Assembly (NCBI GenBank): GCA_031292095.1
Contig: JARLHU010000196.1
Location: 674 to 64,673, forward strand
DNA from: Desulfosporosinus sp.
GTDB taxonomy: Bacteria; Bacillota; Desulfitobacteriia; Desulfitobacteriales; Desulfitobacteriaceae
Length of the DNA: 64,000 nt
Direction: 5' to 3'
Part shown: positions 1 through 10,353 of the stretch, piece by piece
How positions within the stretch are numbered: the stretch's first letter is position 1
Layout: every line of letters starts with the position of its first letter
Position numbers and translations under genes: made by a program
The notes under the pieces: model-generated
The model's database searches: none
What the model was told of the DNA's origin: nothing
The model's input: only the letters and a program-made list of their open reading frames with translations

Positions 1-1671
1 GGTAAGTGTGGATAATCTATCAGAAGATTTAATTATTCTCTGTTTTACGTCACTTATATTTGAACTGCCAAATTTACTGATGAATAGGGCCGCTTCCCCG
101 GATACAAAAGCTGCAGCCATTGAAGTGCCACTATCGGTTCCATAGGCATTGCCAGATGAAGTGCTTATAATGTTTTCTCCAGGTGCTGCCACATCGACTG
201 TTTGCCCGTAATTGGAAAAGCTTGATAAGCTTCCGGTACTACTAATGGAAGCTACTGTAATGATGTTGGGAAGTCCGAAGGATGCGGGATATACTGGAGT
301 ATTATCGATATTTGCTCCGTTGTTTCCTGCGGCACATATAAAAAGCATATTGGAACTCTCTAGCGCTTCCTTAAGCGCCGGGTTGTCATCGTTAGAACCC
401 CAACTGCAGTTTACTACCTTGGCACCCATTTCTTCAGCATAATTGATGGCATTGATGATATCGCTGGTATATGCTTTGCCATTTTCAAACACTTTCAACG
501 GCATTATTTTGGCCGCCGGGGCAACTCCTGCGATCCCTTTGCCGTTATCTTTAATGGCCGCTATTATGCCGGCTACCTCCGTCCCATGAACCTCATCACT
601 GGCCAATGCTTCTTGATGAATTACATTATTGTTATCGTAGAAATTCCATCCATTAACATCATCGATATAACCTTTTCCGTCATCATCAACTCCGTTGCCT
701 GGTATTTCATCACTATTTACCCATATGTTCCCTGCAAGGTCCTCATGCGTAATATCAATGCCGGTATCTAATACCGCAACCACTACCCTGGCACTTTCAG
801 ATTGTTGCCAGGCAGGTACAACCCCTGCATCTACACTATATCCCACTTGATTTTGACTTTGGTCTCCGTACACAAAATCTACCACATTTGACGGTAAAGA
901 ATTTTTAAACATATCTATGTATGTTGGATTTTTTGCTATATAGCCATTCAATAAATTGTACAGCACTTCATTCAGAGGTTGATTGACAGAACTTTGTGTT
1001 AGATTATCCAGCGAGCTCCGGTATTGAGAATCGTCAATGGGAAGGTTCTGCAAACCATGAATTACCATTTCTAATTTTGCAGGATCACGAACTAGTCTGT
1101 TGATGAAGTTTCGGTCGAATGCGGCACCCTCCGTATTACCAGATGAGCTATCTTGTTGATGTCCAATTTCCACCTGCGAATTATTACTTAGTCCCCATTG
1201 ACGATCAAATTCAGGATCATTAGACGCTATTTTTAATTCATAGTCCGGTTGAATGTATTCGATATTACTATCTTCTTTTTTGCTTTTCAATTCAGTTAAT
1301 AGATCATCCTTTTTCTTTTTCGTTTTCGTAGAGATAATATCGAAATCTTGATTTTTGTTGCTTCGAAACTTTTTAACTTTACTCAACTCATCCTGCAAAG
1401 AATTATTCAGATCGCTTCTACCCGTTTCATTTTTATATTTAACGATAAACCTGTCGGTTTTATCGTCATTATTGCTGGGAGTATTTTCTCCTAAATTGGT
1501 CAGAGAAATCCCGCTACTGGTAGTTGTATTAATTGTATTTTCTGCATACTGCAAACTATTATCTGCGGCCAGCATAATTCCCGGTAGGCCTATATTTACC
1601 GTGGAAATTATTAACAGTATGGCAAGTAAACTGATTAACACCTTTTGCTTCGTGAAAAAATACATCGACAA
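1..1671 (-). CDS. Secreted S8 (subtilisin-like) serine peptidase, 3' end beyond window
   Basis: Not in the ORF track. Manual translation of an open minus frame from TTG 1671/ATG 1665 (RBS GGGAG): signal-like N-terminus, prodomain (RFIVKYK...EYIQPDY), triad motifs VAVLDTGID, HGTEVAG, GTSMAA, oxyanion AAGN. Confidence 0.93.
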   Translation of the reverse strand, partial: MSMYFFTKQKVLISLLAILLIISTVNIGLPGIMLAADNSLQYAENTINTTTSSGISLTNLGENTPSNNDDKTDRFIVKYKNETGRSDLNNSLQDELSKVKKFRSNKNQDFDIISTKTKKKKDDLLTELKSKKEDSNIEYIQPDYELKIASNDPEFDRQWGLSNNSQVEIGHQQDSSSGNTEGAAFDRNFINRLVRDPAKLEMVIHGLQNLPIDDSQYRSSLDNLTQSSVNQPLNEVLYNLLNGYIAKNPTYIDMFKNSLPSNVVDFVYGDQSQNQVGYSVDAGVVPAWQQSESARVVVAVLDTGIDITHEDLAGNIWVNSDEIPGNGVDDDGKGYIDDVNGWNFYDNNNVIHQEALASDEVHGTEVAGIIAAIKDNGKGIAGVAPAAKIMPLKVFENGKAYTSDIINAINYAEEMGAKVVNCSWGSNDDNPALKEALESSNMLFICAAGNNGANIDNTPVYPASFGLPNIITVASISSTGSLSSFSNYGQTVDVAAPGENIISTSSGNAYGTDSGTSMAAAFVSGEAALFISKFGSSNISDVKQRIIKSSDRLSTLT

Positions 1672-1928
1672 TTAATTCTCCCTTCATAAATCAAAATAAC
1701 CTAATAAGTGCAATAATACTAGACTGGTCATGACAGCTTACATTAAGCGACATTAGTTTTAAACTATTCCACAAAATTCATAAATTTCCTGCAATAAATT
1801 TTGTTAATTATAACATTATATTCCAACATAATCCGCTAATATTCTTATTTAATTTACAAAAAATATTATCACTATTAGTCAAATTGGCTTACCGGGTGGT
1901 CTAACCAATAAAATTACATGCTCTAAAA

Positions 1929-1977
1929 ATCGGGTAGGAGGCCACTCATTATTTGAGTGACCGACCTCCCACACCAC
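1929..1977 (-). mobile_element. Group II intron 3'-end remnant (end of domain V plus domain VI)
   Basis: Minus strand GTGGTGTGGGAGG-TCGGTCACTCAAATAATGAGTGGC-CTCCTACCCGAT resembles the bacterial class C intron 3' terminus ending in AT; no RT gene present. Confidence 0.75.
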
Positions 1978-2062
1978 TTATTCCGACTAATAGCTGATGT
2001 TATCAAAAATCTTATGTAAATATGAGTTTTTAAATATATGCAATGCTAAAAGTCGGAATAAG
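1977..2062. repeat. 18-bp imperfect inverted repeat, probable RIT-element end
   Basis: CTTATTCCGACTAATAGC (1977-1994) vs GCTAAAAGTCGGAATAAG (2045-2062), 16/18 complementary; directly downstream of the integrase fragment. Confidence 0.6.
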
Positions 2063-2069
2063 ATTTTTG

Positions 2070-2209
2070 CTATGCTAGACCATAAAGTCGTTTGATTAAT
2101 GCCTCCTCATTATGCCATGAAGGTCCTGACTGGCTTTTTGATAATGGGTTAAGGTTGTTTGTCGCTTCTCTATAGCATCACGCTTTATCTGCGTATCTGC
2201 ATATGCGTA
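2070..2209 (-). pseudogene. C-terminal fragment of a tyrosine recombinase (RIT-type)
   Basis: YAYADTQIKRDAIE / 1-nt shift / ATNNLNPLSKSQSGPSWHNEEALIKRLYGLA*, resembling the catalytic-Tyr tail of RitC-like integrases. Confidence 0.6.
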
Positions 2210-2344
2210 CGCCTTATGTAAAGCTTTCCATAAGCTCCAACACCTTTTTACATATTTACACTTACACCCTTTTAGTTATATAATTAACACAGATGTAATA
2301 CTTACCAAGATAAGTACTACACCTGTGCACCCACAACTGAATAC

Positions 2345-2440
2345 GTTTGTTTGCTAGGGGTGCCCTTCGGGGCTGAGATGAGGAAACTCTAACCCTTTGA
2401 ACCTGATCTGGTTAATACCAGCGGAGGAAAGCTAATCGTT
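2345..2440 (+). ncRNA. TPP riboswitch
   Basis: GGGGTGC...GCTGAGA...CCCTTTGAACCTGATCTGGTTAATACCAGCGGAGGAA upstream of thiS. Confidence 0.96.
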
Positions 2441-2459
2441 TTACTTATAAATGGAATAT

Positions 2460-2495
2460 AAGTGAGAACTGCTGACCGCAGTTCTCACTTTTTTA
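2460..2495 (+). terminator. Riboswitch expression-platform terminator
   Basis: AAGTGAGAACTGC-tgacc-GCAGTTCTCACTT followed by a T run. Confidence 0.85.
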
Positions 2496-2587
2496 TGCTT
2501 TTAATCCACCCTGGTACCCTATCAGTAAGACAGCAAACCCCTGGCAAACTCGTATAGAAAACAAACGAAAGAAGGAAGGAAGGTTCG

Positions 2588-2788
2588 TTGCAAATCATTG
2601 TAAATGGCGAAGCGCGGGAAATTCTCTCAGAATGTACCGTATTTCAGTTACTCGAAAACCAAGCCGTGACCCTTCATGCGGCGGTTGTGGAGCTCAATGG
2701 TAAAGTCCTCACGCAAGAACATTGGCAGAGTACTCTTTTGCAGGCTAGCGATCGTCTGGAAATCTTAATATTTATGGGAGGTGGCTGA
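2588..2788 (+). CDS. thiS: Sulfur carrier ThiS
   Basis: 66 aa, IIVNGE start, C-terminal GGG. Confidence 0.95.
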   Translation: MQIIVNGEAREILSECTVFQLLENQAVTLHAAVVELNGKVLTQEHWQSTLLQASDRLEILIFMGGG

Positions 2789-3593
2789 AACCGTGAATGA
2801 AATACAAAGTATTTATCCACTAGAAGACGTTCTACTCATCGGCGGAATATCTTTGCATAGCCGGCTATTCGTAGGAACTGGTAAATTTTCGTCTCATGAA
2901 ATAGTGCCCCAGGTCTTGGCAGCAAGCGGTAGCCAGGTAATAACGATGGCTTTACGTCGAGTCGATTGGAAAAACCCTCAGGAGAATATTCTTAATTATC
3001 TACCTCAGAACACCATTTTATTGCCCAACACCTCTGGCGCGCGCACTGCTGAAGAAGCCGTGCGCATCGCACGCTTGGCTCGGGCTGCCGGCTGTGGAAA
3101 CTGGGTAAAAATCGAAGTAGTCCAGGATCAGCGCTACTTATTACCGGATAATTGGGAGACCATCAAAGCCACAGAACAACTGGTGAACGAGGGATTTGTG
3201 GTACTACCTTACATGAGTCCGGATCTGGGCGCAGCTCGGCGTCTTCAAGATGCGGGCGCAGCAGCAATCATGCCCCTAGGAGCTCCAATTGGCAGCAACC
3301 GTGGCTTACAAACCAAAGAACTTATCCGGATTTTAATCGAAGAGATTTCTTTGCCGATCATTGTCGATGCGGGCATCGGTCGACCCTCCGAGGCAGCCGA
3401 AGCCATGGAAATGGGGGCAGCCGCAGTGCTTGTGAATACGGCCATTGCGACAGCAGGCGATCCGGTATTGATGGCTCAGGCCTTCCGCCAGGCAGTAACC
3501 GCAGGACGACTGGGCTATTTAGCTGGACCGGGTGAACGACGGATAACGGCCGAAGCGTCCTCTCCCTTAACTGGCTTTTTACAGGAGGCTTAA
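2781..3593 (+). CDS. thiG: Thiazole synthase
   Basis: [37 protein letters not shown]. Confidence 0.97.
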   Translation: MAETVNEIQSIYPLEDVLLIGGISLHSRLFVGTGKFSSHEIVPQVLAASGSQVITMALRRVDWKNPQENILNYLPQNTILLPNTSGARTAEEAVRIARLARAAGCGNWVKIEVVQDQRYLLPDNWETIKATEQLVNEGFVVLPYMSPDLGAARRLQDAGAAAIMPLGAPIGSNRGLQTKELIRILIEEISLPIIVDAGIGRPSEAAEAMEMGAAAVLVNTAIATAGDPVLMAQAFRQAVTAGRLGYLAGPGERRITAEASSPLTGFLQEA

Positions 3594-3596
3594 CGG

Positions 3597-4727
3597 ATGT
3601 TCTACGAACGAATGACTGAATGGCAACAAAGGCTCCCCGAGTCAACCTGGACCAGTTTTAGCGGAGTCGACGTCGAGCTGGTGTTAGCCCGCGAAACCCT
3701 TCGCCCCCAAGATTTGGCGGTCTTACTTTCCCCAGCTGCCCTAGCTTACTTAGAGCCCATGGCCAAGAAGGCTCAGGCTTTAACCATCCGCCATTTCGGG
3801 CGCACGATCGGTTTATTTACTCCACTTTATCTCGCCAATTTTTGTACTAATAGCTGTCTCTATTGTAGCTTCCACGCTGGCAATGAGATTGTACGCTGCA
3901 AGCTAACAGTCGAACAAGTCATCCAGGAAGGAGAGGCTATCTCTTCGACCGGGCTGCAGCATTTGCTGCTCTTGACGGGAGAATCCCGCTCCCAGAGCGG
4001 ACCATCGTATATGGAAGAATGCGTACACGCTTTGAGGCCAATGTTTGCCTCTCTCGGACTTGAAGTATATCCCCTCTCCACTGAGGAATACCGACGTTTA
4101 TACGAAGCAGGAATTGATTCTGTGACTCTTTTTCAAGAAACCTACGATGAAATCACCTATGCTCTGGTACACCCAGCCGGACCCAAGAGAGATTATCACT
4201 ATCGCTTGGATGCACCTGAGCGAGCTTGTGCTGCTGGAATCTCTTCCGTAAACATTGGAGCGCTCTTGGGCCTCTCGGACTGGCGCCAGGATGCCTTTAA
4301 TTCGGCACTCCATGCCGATTACTTGCAAAAAACTTATCCGGGGGTTGAAGTAGCGATCTCTGTGCCGCGCCTCAGGCCCTATGCTGGCAGTTTTCAGTCC
4401 TCTGCTGCTCCCGTCACGGATGCTATTTTAGTCCAAATTATATTGGCTTACCGACTGTTTCTCCCCCGGGCTGGCATAACCTTGTCCACGCGGGAAAGTC
4501 CGCAAATGCGGGAAAACTTGCTTCCCCTAGGAATCACTCGCCTGTCGGCTGGCTCTCTCACGTCAGTCGGAGGTTATAGTGAGACAGACAACGTGGGCAG
4601 TGCCCAATTTGAAATTGCCGACGAGCGCTCCGTCCCAGAAGTGGTAAGTATGATCCGAGCCAAAGGCTATCTGCCTGCTTTTTGTGACTGGGTGAATATG
4701 CGGGAAAAGGATGCTGTTGGACTTTGA
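3597..4727 (+). CDS. thiH: 2-iminoacetate synthase (radical SAM)
   Basis: CTNSCLYC motif, FQETY, LSTRE, QFEIADERS; operon context. Confidence 0.95.
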   Translation: MFYERMTEWQQRLPESTWTSFSGVDVELVLARETLRPQDLAVLLSPAALAYLEPMAKKAQALTIRHFGRTIGLFTPLYLANFCTNSCLYCSFHAGNEIVRCKLTVEQVIQEGEAISSTGLQHLLLLTGESRSQSGPSYMEECVHALRPMFASLGLEVYPLSTEEYRRLYEAGIDSVTLFQETYDEITYALVHPAGPKRDYHYRLDAPERACAAGISSVNIGALLGLSDWRQDAFNSALHADYLQKTYPGVEVAISVPRLRPYAGSFQSSAAPVTDAILVQIILAYRLFLPRAGITLSTRESPQMRENLLPLGITRLSAGSLTSVGGYSETDNVGSAQFEIADERSVPEVVSMIRAKGYLPAFCDWVNMREKDAVGL

Positions 4728-5344
4728 ATCCTTTAATGACCGGTTTGGTCGAGACATTGGCTCCAGAGCAATTAGCTAGGATCCAGCAAACACCGGTCGG
4801 GATCGCCGGTTTAGGGGGCTTGGGCTCCAATGTCGCTTGGCACTTAGTGCGCTGTGGGTTTTCGCACCTCGTCTTGGCTGATTTTGACCGTGTAGAGGCC
4901 AGCAACTTGAATCGACAAGCCTATTTTCCAGATCAATTAGGGCTGTTAAAAACTGAAGCTCTGGCTGAAACCCTTTTGCGGATCAACCCCGACTTACACT
5001 TAGAATTGTGGTCGTGCCTCGTAACCCCAGACAATGTCCAGACGATATTTGGGCAGTGTTCGGTGTGGGTAGAGGGGTTTGATCAAACCGCTTCTAAGAG
5101 AATGTTCGTGGAAGAGGGTCTGGCGGCTGGGAAAAAAGTTGTCGGCGCGTCTGGACTGGCTGGTTGGGGAGACACAGATGCGATCCATACTTTGCACTGG
5201 AAATCCGGCTTATCTGTTGTCGGGGATTTCTGTACAGACGTGGCAGATGACCACCCTCCCCTCTCTCCCCGCGTCGGTGTTGTTGCCGCTAAACAGGCAA
5301 ACTTAGTTTTGGCCTGGGTACTTAACGAAGGAAGTGACCGATGA
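4724..5344 (+). CDS. thiF: ThiS adenylyltransferase
   Basis: GLGGLGS, DFDRVEASNLNRQ. Confidence 0.92.
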   Translation: MNPLMTGLVETLAPEQLARIQQTPVGIAGLGGLGSNVAWHLVRCGFSHLVLADFDRVEASNLNRQAYFPDQLGLLKTEALAETLLRINPDLHLELWSCLVTPDNVQTIFGQCSVWVEGFDQTASKRMFVEEGLAAGKKVVGASGLAGWGDTDAIHTLHWKSGLSVVGDFCTDVADDHPPLSPRVGVVAAKQANLVLAWVLNEGSDR

Positions 5345-5997
5345 TGAACAAAACTTCAAAAAAATGCGCCCTTCCTGCTGGCATTTATGCCCTCACTTCT
5401 GAACTCCACTCTCAAGGCCGCAGTAATCTTGAGGTAGCCAGTGAAATCTTAGCCGCTGGCGTTCCGATTCTTCAGTACCGAGAGAAGTCCAAAAAAGTTA
5501 GGGAAATGTATGAGGAGTGTCTTGTTCTGCGGTCTATGACCCAACGTACCGGTGCCTTGTTCATCATCAACGACCACTTAGATCTGGCTCTTGCTGTGGG
5601 CGCCGATGGCGTGCATATTGGGCATGATGACTTACCGCTATTCAAGGTACGCGAGCTCCTTGGACCCGATTTCCTGATTGGGGTTTCCACCCATTCGCCT
5701 GCTCAAGCACAGGCAGCTGTAAAAGATGGCGCTGATTACATCGGAGTAGGGCCTATATTTGCCACCCAGACTAAGATTGATGTCTGTGATCCGGTAGGTC
5801 TGGACTATTTAGACTACGTCGTTCAGAATCTGAAGATTCCCTTTGTCGCGATCGGCGGCATCAAGGAACACAATCTGGCCGCAGTCGTCAAGGCGGGAGC
5901 ACAGACCGTCGCTTTAGTCACCGAGATTGTGGGCGACCCGGACATTGCGGGCAAGATTAAGCGTTTACAACGTATTATGGAAACACAGACTTTTTAA
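5341..5997 (+). CDS. thiE: Thiamine phosphate synthase
   Basis: QYREK, IINDHLD, GVSTH, AIGGI. Confidence 0.95.
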   Translation: MMNKTSKKCALPAGIYALTSELHSQGRSNLEVASEILAAGVPILQYREKSKKVREMYEECLVLRSMTQRTGALFIINDHLDLALAVGADGVHIGHDDLPLFKVRELLGPDFLIGVSTHSPAQAQAAVKDGADYIGVGPIFATQTKIDVCDPVGLDYLDYVVQNLKIPFVAIGGIKEHNLAAVVKAGAQTVALVTEIVGDPDIAGKIKRLQRIMETQTF

Positions 5998-6082
5998 CAC
6001 CACACCATAGCAAACAAAACGTCCCCTCAACCTGCGAGACAAACCCAAGCGCAGTAAAAGTAAAGAGAAAGAGTGTGATTCA

Positions 6083-7360
6083 ATGAGTACACAGATGGAA
6101 CAAGCCAAAAACGGAGTTATCACAGCAGCCATGCAAACTGTCGCTGATAAAGAAGGACTGACCGCTGAAGAAATCAGGCTCCGAGTGGCGGCGGGCAGTA
6201 TTGCCATTCCCGCTAACCACAATCACACCTCTTTAAGTCCAGAAGGAGTTGGTTTGGGGCTTAAGACGAAGATTAACGTCAATTTGGGGATCTCTCCAGA
6301 GTGTGCCAACCTGGATAGCGAGCTGGCCAAAGTACGCATGGCCCTGGATATGAATGCGGAAGGGATTATGGATCTCAGCAACTACGGAAAAACCGTCGAA
6401 TTCCGCCACCGACTCGTCGAAATGTCTACTGCTATGATCGGAACAGTTCCTATGTATGATGCCCTTGGCTATTTAGACAAGAAATTAGAAGACATTACAC
6501 CCCAGGAGTTCTTAGCCGTGGTAAAACAACACGCCCAAGACGGCGTTGATTTTGTCACTATTCACGCCGGCATCAACCGGGAAACCGCTCGACACTTTCA
6601 GAAGACCTCCCGCGTCACCAACATTGTCTCCCGAGGTGGGTCCTTACTGTATGCCTGGATGGAATTAACCGGGCAGGAAAACCCTTTTTACGAATATTTT
6701 GATGATCTCCTCGATATCTGTGCCGAATACGATGTAACCTTAAGTCTAGGGGATGCCTGCCGACCAGGTAGCATCGCCGATGCCACTGATGGAGCCCAAA
6801 TTTCGGAATTGATTGTCCTCGGAGAATTGACTCAGAGAGCTTGGCAACGTAATGTTCAAGTTATGATTGAAGGACCTGGCCATGTTCCCCTCAATGAAGT
6901 TGTGGCTAATGTCCAGTTGGCCAAAAAACTCTGTCACGGTGCGCCCTTTTACATTTTGGGGCCGTTGGTCACCGACATTGCTCCTGGTTACGATCACATT
7001 ACCAGTGCGATCGGCGGTGCCTTAGCCGCCTCGGCAGGTGCGGATTTCCTCTGCTATGTGACACCCGCCGAACACCTTCGTCTGCCTACTTTAGACGACG
7101 TACGAGAAGGGATTATCGCGGTCAAGATCGCCGCGCATGCCGCGGATATCGCCAAAGGAATTCCCGGAGCAACCGATTGGGATCGGGAGATGAGCCAAGC
7201 CCGCCAAGTAATGGATTGGGAGAAAATGTTTGGCCTTGCCTTGGACCGGGAGAAACCGGAGCGCTACCGCAAAGAATCCGCCCCCGAGCATCAAGACAGC
7301 TGCACCATGTGCGGAGAAATGTGTTCGATGCGCCTCATGAATCGTATTATGGACAAATAG
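6083..7360 (+). CDS. thiC: Phosphomethylpyrimidine synthase
   Basis: [19 protein letters not shown]-terminal CTMCGEMC. Confidence 0.97.
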   Translation: MSTQMEQAKNGVITAAMQTVADKEGLTAEEIRLRVAAGSIAIPANHNHTSLSPEGVGLGLKTKINVNLGISPECANLDSELAKVRMALDMNAEGIMDLSNYGKTVEFRHRLVEMSTAMIGTVPMYDALGYLDKKLEDITPQEFLAVVKQHAQDGVDFVTIHAGINRETARHFQKTSRVTNIVSRGGSLLYAWMELTGQENPFYEYFDDLLDICAEYDVTLSLGDACRPGSIADATDGAQISELIVLGELTQRAWQRNVQVMIEGPGHVPLNEVVANVQLAKKLCHGAPFYILGPLVTDIAPGYDHITSAIGGALAASAGADFLCYVTPAEHLRLPTLDDVREGIIAVKIAAHAADIAKGIPGATDWDREMSQARQVMDWEKMFGLALDREKPERYRKESAPEHQDSCTMCGEMCSMRLMNRIMDK

Positions 7361-7377
7361 GGCTGAAGACAATAAAG

Positions 7378-7422
7378 AAGCAAGTAGCTGATCGGATGAG
7401 GACCTTAGCTACTTGCTCTTTA
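7378..7422. terminator. Hairpin between convergent genes, probable bidirectional terminator
   Basis: AGCAAGTAGCT...AGCTACTTGCT. Confidence 0.7.
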
Positions 7423-7427
7423 GTTAT

Positions 7428-7607
7428 CTAAGTCAAAGTTATGCCTGAATTCAACAACATCTTTTCCTGGTACTGATCCAAGACGGCATCCAACTGTTGG
7501 CTTGCTGCTATAACTTCTGGGTCTGTATAATCTTTACCCTTTTTCGTCTTAACTAAATTTAGACGTAAGCATTCAATTTGCTTCATTAATTCTATAAGCT
7601 CAAGCAT
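7428..7607 (-). CDS. Spo0E-family aspartyl-phosphate phosphatase
   Basis: IECLRLNL...EVIAASQQLD (SQxLD motif); ATG 7607 follows GGAGGGG. Confidence 0.85.
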   Translation of the reverse strand: MLELIELMKQIECLRLNLVKTKKGKDYTDPEVIAASQQLDAVLDQYQEKMLLNSGITLT

Positions 7608-7733
7608 ATTTATCCCCTCCACTGGATCCAACGAGGGTCTTTCATCTTGATAAAACACACCCTTACTCATTCATAATATACCATATTTTTCCATTATTAT
7701 TTAACGAATTAATTAACTAACTTACTCAACTAA

Positions 7734-8399
7734 TCAAGATTCCTCAGTTACGATCCCTACGCTCGCACTTGCCCCTAGGCGCGATGCCCCCGCTTCTATC
7801 ATTTTAAGAGCATCAGCGTAGGAACGAATGCCACCAGACGCTTTGACACCCATTTCTGACCCCACCATGTTACGCATCAGCGCAACATGTTCAACAGTAG
7901 CACCACCGCTGCCGAAGCCTGTCGAAGTCTTAACAAAATCCAAGTTAGCTTCTTTGGCTAGACGACAAAGTTTAGAGATTTGTTCCAAGCTCAAGTAGCA
8001 AGTTTCGAGAATGATTTTTATGATGATACTGCTATGTTTTTGCTTAAGTGTAGCAAACTGTTCCATTTCAGCCTTGACTAAATTGTAACGTTCATTAAGT
8101 ACGTCACTGACATTGACCACATAATCTAACTCTACAGCACCTAATGCTATAGCCTCTTCAGCCTCAAAAATCTTAGTATTAGACGTATTTGCTCCCAGCG
8201 GAAATCCAATAACTGTACAGACTTTAACGTCCGTACCCGCCAACCAACTTTTGGCTAGAGTAATATAGGATGGGCTAAGGCATACCGAGGCAAATCCGAA
8301 TTCTTTAGCCTCCGCGCAAATTTTTTCCACTTCTCGATCTAATACATTAGGTTTGAGTAGGGTGTGATCAATCATTTTGGCCAGTTTATTCTTATTCAT
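7734..8399 (-). CDS. deoC: Deoxyribose-phosphate aldolase
   Basis: IDHTLLKP, GFPLGA, KTSTGF, KASGGIR. Confidence 0.97.
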   Translation of the reverse strand: MNKNKLAKMIDHTLLKPNVLDREVEKICAEAKEFGFASVCLSPSYITLAKSWLAGTDVKVCTVIGFPLGANTSNTKIFEAEEAIALGAVELDYVVNVSDVLNERYNLVKAEMEQFATLKQKHSSIIIKIILETCYLSLEQISKLCRLAKEANLDFVKTSTGFGSGGATVEHVALMRNMVGSEMGVKASGGIRSYADALKMIEAGASRLGASASVGIVTEES

Positions 8400-8434
8400 G
8401 TGACAACTCTTCCCTCTAGAATATTTAAACCCGA

Positions 8435-9367
8435 TTACAGTTTATGGGTTGCCATAAATGCCTGTACCTCTTCTAGGGTTGGCATAGCTGGGGATGTCCC
8501 AACTTTCGTTACAGACAACGCTGCCACAGCAGTGGCATGGATAATGGCATCACAAAGCGCTTGTCCGGAAGCCAAGGCAAAGGCCAAGCCGCCGTTGAAG
8601 GCATCTCCAGCGCCCGTGGTATCAAGCGCCTGCACCTCAAAGCTAGGGTAGAGCTTACCGGATTCTCCACCGTTATAGTAATAACAACCCATTTTACCCA
8701 TGGTTATTATGACATTAGGCACACCCATAAGATAAATTACTTTGGCAGCCTGAAGTGCGTCCGCCTCGGTTTCGACCTTCAACCCAGTCAGGCTACTAGC
8801 TTCAGTCTCATTAGGGGTGATGTAGGTAATATCTTGGAGAATTTCTCGAGGGAACTCGTGATACGGAGCTGGGTTCAGAATCACAGGCACTCCATAGGCT
8901 TTGGCAAGAGCAACGGTTGCAAGGACCGCTTCGTTACTCGTCTCCAACTGAACCAGTACAACGGCGGAATTCGCGATGACCTGACTTGCTTGGTTCACTT
9001 CTTCTGCCGTTAGTGTGCCGCAAGCACCTAGAGCCACCACAATCAAGTTATCCCCGTTGTCATCCACTGCTATGAGGGCTGCTCCGGTTGCTTCGACCAG
9101 GTCCACAAAGACGTATTCAGTGTTGATAGTTTCTTTAGTAAAGTTTGCTCGGGCGTAAGATCCGAATTCGTCGTCTCCAACTTTAGTGACCATATAGACT
9201 GTTGATCCTTGCCGAGCTGCCGCCACTGCCTGATTCCCCCCTTTGCCCCCAGGGCCCATTTTAAATGGGCCACCGAGGACAGTTTCACCAACTCTAGGCA
9301 TATGTGGGGTCCTACTCATTAAGTCAGTCACATAGCTGCCGACGACGGTAACTATTCCTTGACTCAT
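8435..9367 (-). CDS. rbsK: Ribokinase (PfkB family)
   Basis: GGKGGNQA, NPAP, PNETE, DTTGAGDAF. Confidence 0.92.
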   Translation of the reverse strand: MSQGIVTVVGSYVTDLMSRTPHMPRVGETVLGGPFKMGPGGKGGNQAVAAARQGSTVYMVTKVGDDEFGSYARANFTKETINTEYVFVDLVEATGAALIAVDDNGDNLIVVALGACGTLTAEEVNQASQVIANSAVVLVQLETSNEAVLATVALAKAYGVPVILNPAPYHEFPREILQDITYITPNETEASSLTGLKVETEADALQAAKVIYLMGVPNVIITMGKMGCYYYNGGESGKLYPSFEVQALDTTGAGDAFNGGLAFALASGQALCDAIIHATAVAALSVTKVGTSPAMPTLEEVQAFMATHKL

Positions 9368-9378
9368 ATTAGCACTTC

Positions 9379-10341
9379 CTAATCGCGTGTTTTGACCGTG
9401 TCAACATTGTCTTTGGTAACTAACGTGGAACCAAGAATTACGGTCTTCTCGACTTTTTCGCCTTTAGAAATTTTTTCTGCAGTTTTGATTGCCTCTTTCC
9501 CGAGGAAATAGGGAGGTTCTGCGATGGTAGCAGCCATTTTACCAGCCTTGATAGCAGCGATGGCCGGATCAATAGCGTCGCACCCGATTAGTTTAATCTT
9601 ACTAGTCCGTCCGGACGAATCCATGGCAGCCAGAGCACCCATAGCCATTTCATCGTTAGCGGCATAGACACCGTCGATGACTGGATTCGCTTGAAGAATA
9701 TTTTCCATAACGTTCAGCGCTTGACCGCGGTCAAAGTTAGCAGTCTGTTTAGCAACAATTTTGATATCTGGATATTTAGCCATAGCTAAGTTAAAACCTT
9801 TGCTGCGATCCTGGGCAACGTTGGTACCCATAATTCCTTGAATTTCAACAACGTTCCCTTTGCCATTCAGAGCTTTAGCTAGGGCTTCACCGGCAATCGT
9901 TCCGGATTTAATCGCGTCAAAGCCAATATGAGTGAGAACTTCTCCACCATTGGCTTGACGGTCAATGGTGAATACCGGTATTTTAGCGGTGTTAGCTTTT
10001 TTCACACCTTCAGCAATGGCGTCGCTATCTGCCGGATCAAGAATCAAGATATCAGGTTTTTGTTGAATAAGGTTTTCCACATCCGATAATTGTTGTCCTG
10101 GGTTATTTTGCGCGTCAGTTACGACAAGCTCGATCCCTGCGGCTTTAGCCTCGGCTTCAGCGCCCTCTTTAACTGCAACAAAGAACGGGTTATTCAAGGT
10201 ATTCATGGAAAGACCTACTTTAACCTTTTTCGCGGGTGGGGTGGCGCTCGAGGTTTTATCCGAAGTTTGGGCACCGCAACCAACTAGGACTACACTTAAG
10301 CTAAGTATCCCAACCATAAGGGCTGATAATTTTCTTTTCAT
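9379..10341 (-). CDS. rbsB: Sugar ABC substrate-binding lipoprotein
   Basis: Lipobox LVGC, LNNPFF, NDEMA. Confidence 0.88.
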   Translation of the reverse strand: MKRKLSALMVGILSLSVVLVGCGAQTSDKTSSATPPAKKVKVGLSMNTLNNPFFVAVKEGAEAEAKAAGIELVVTDAQNNPGQQLSDVENLIQQKPDILILDPADSDAIAEGVKKANTAKIPVFTIDRQANGGEVLTHIGFDAIKSGTIAGEALAKALNGKGNVVEIQGIMGTNVAQDRSKGFNLAMAKYPDIKIVAKQTANFDRGQALNVMENILQANPVIDGVYAANDEMAMGALAAMDSSGRTSKIKLIGCDAIDPAIAAIKAGKMAATIAEPPYFLGKEAIKTAEKISKGEKVEKTVILGSTLVTKDNVDTVKTRD

Positions 10342-10353
10342 TCTTTTTTCCTC

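Noticed and set aside
212-1675. Plus-strand ORFs 212-442, 586-771, 1355-1675
   Set aside because: Antisense shadows of the S8 peptidase on the minus strand
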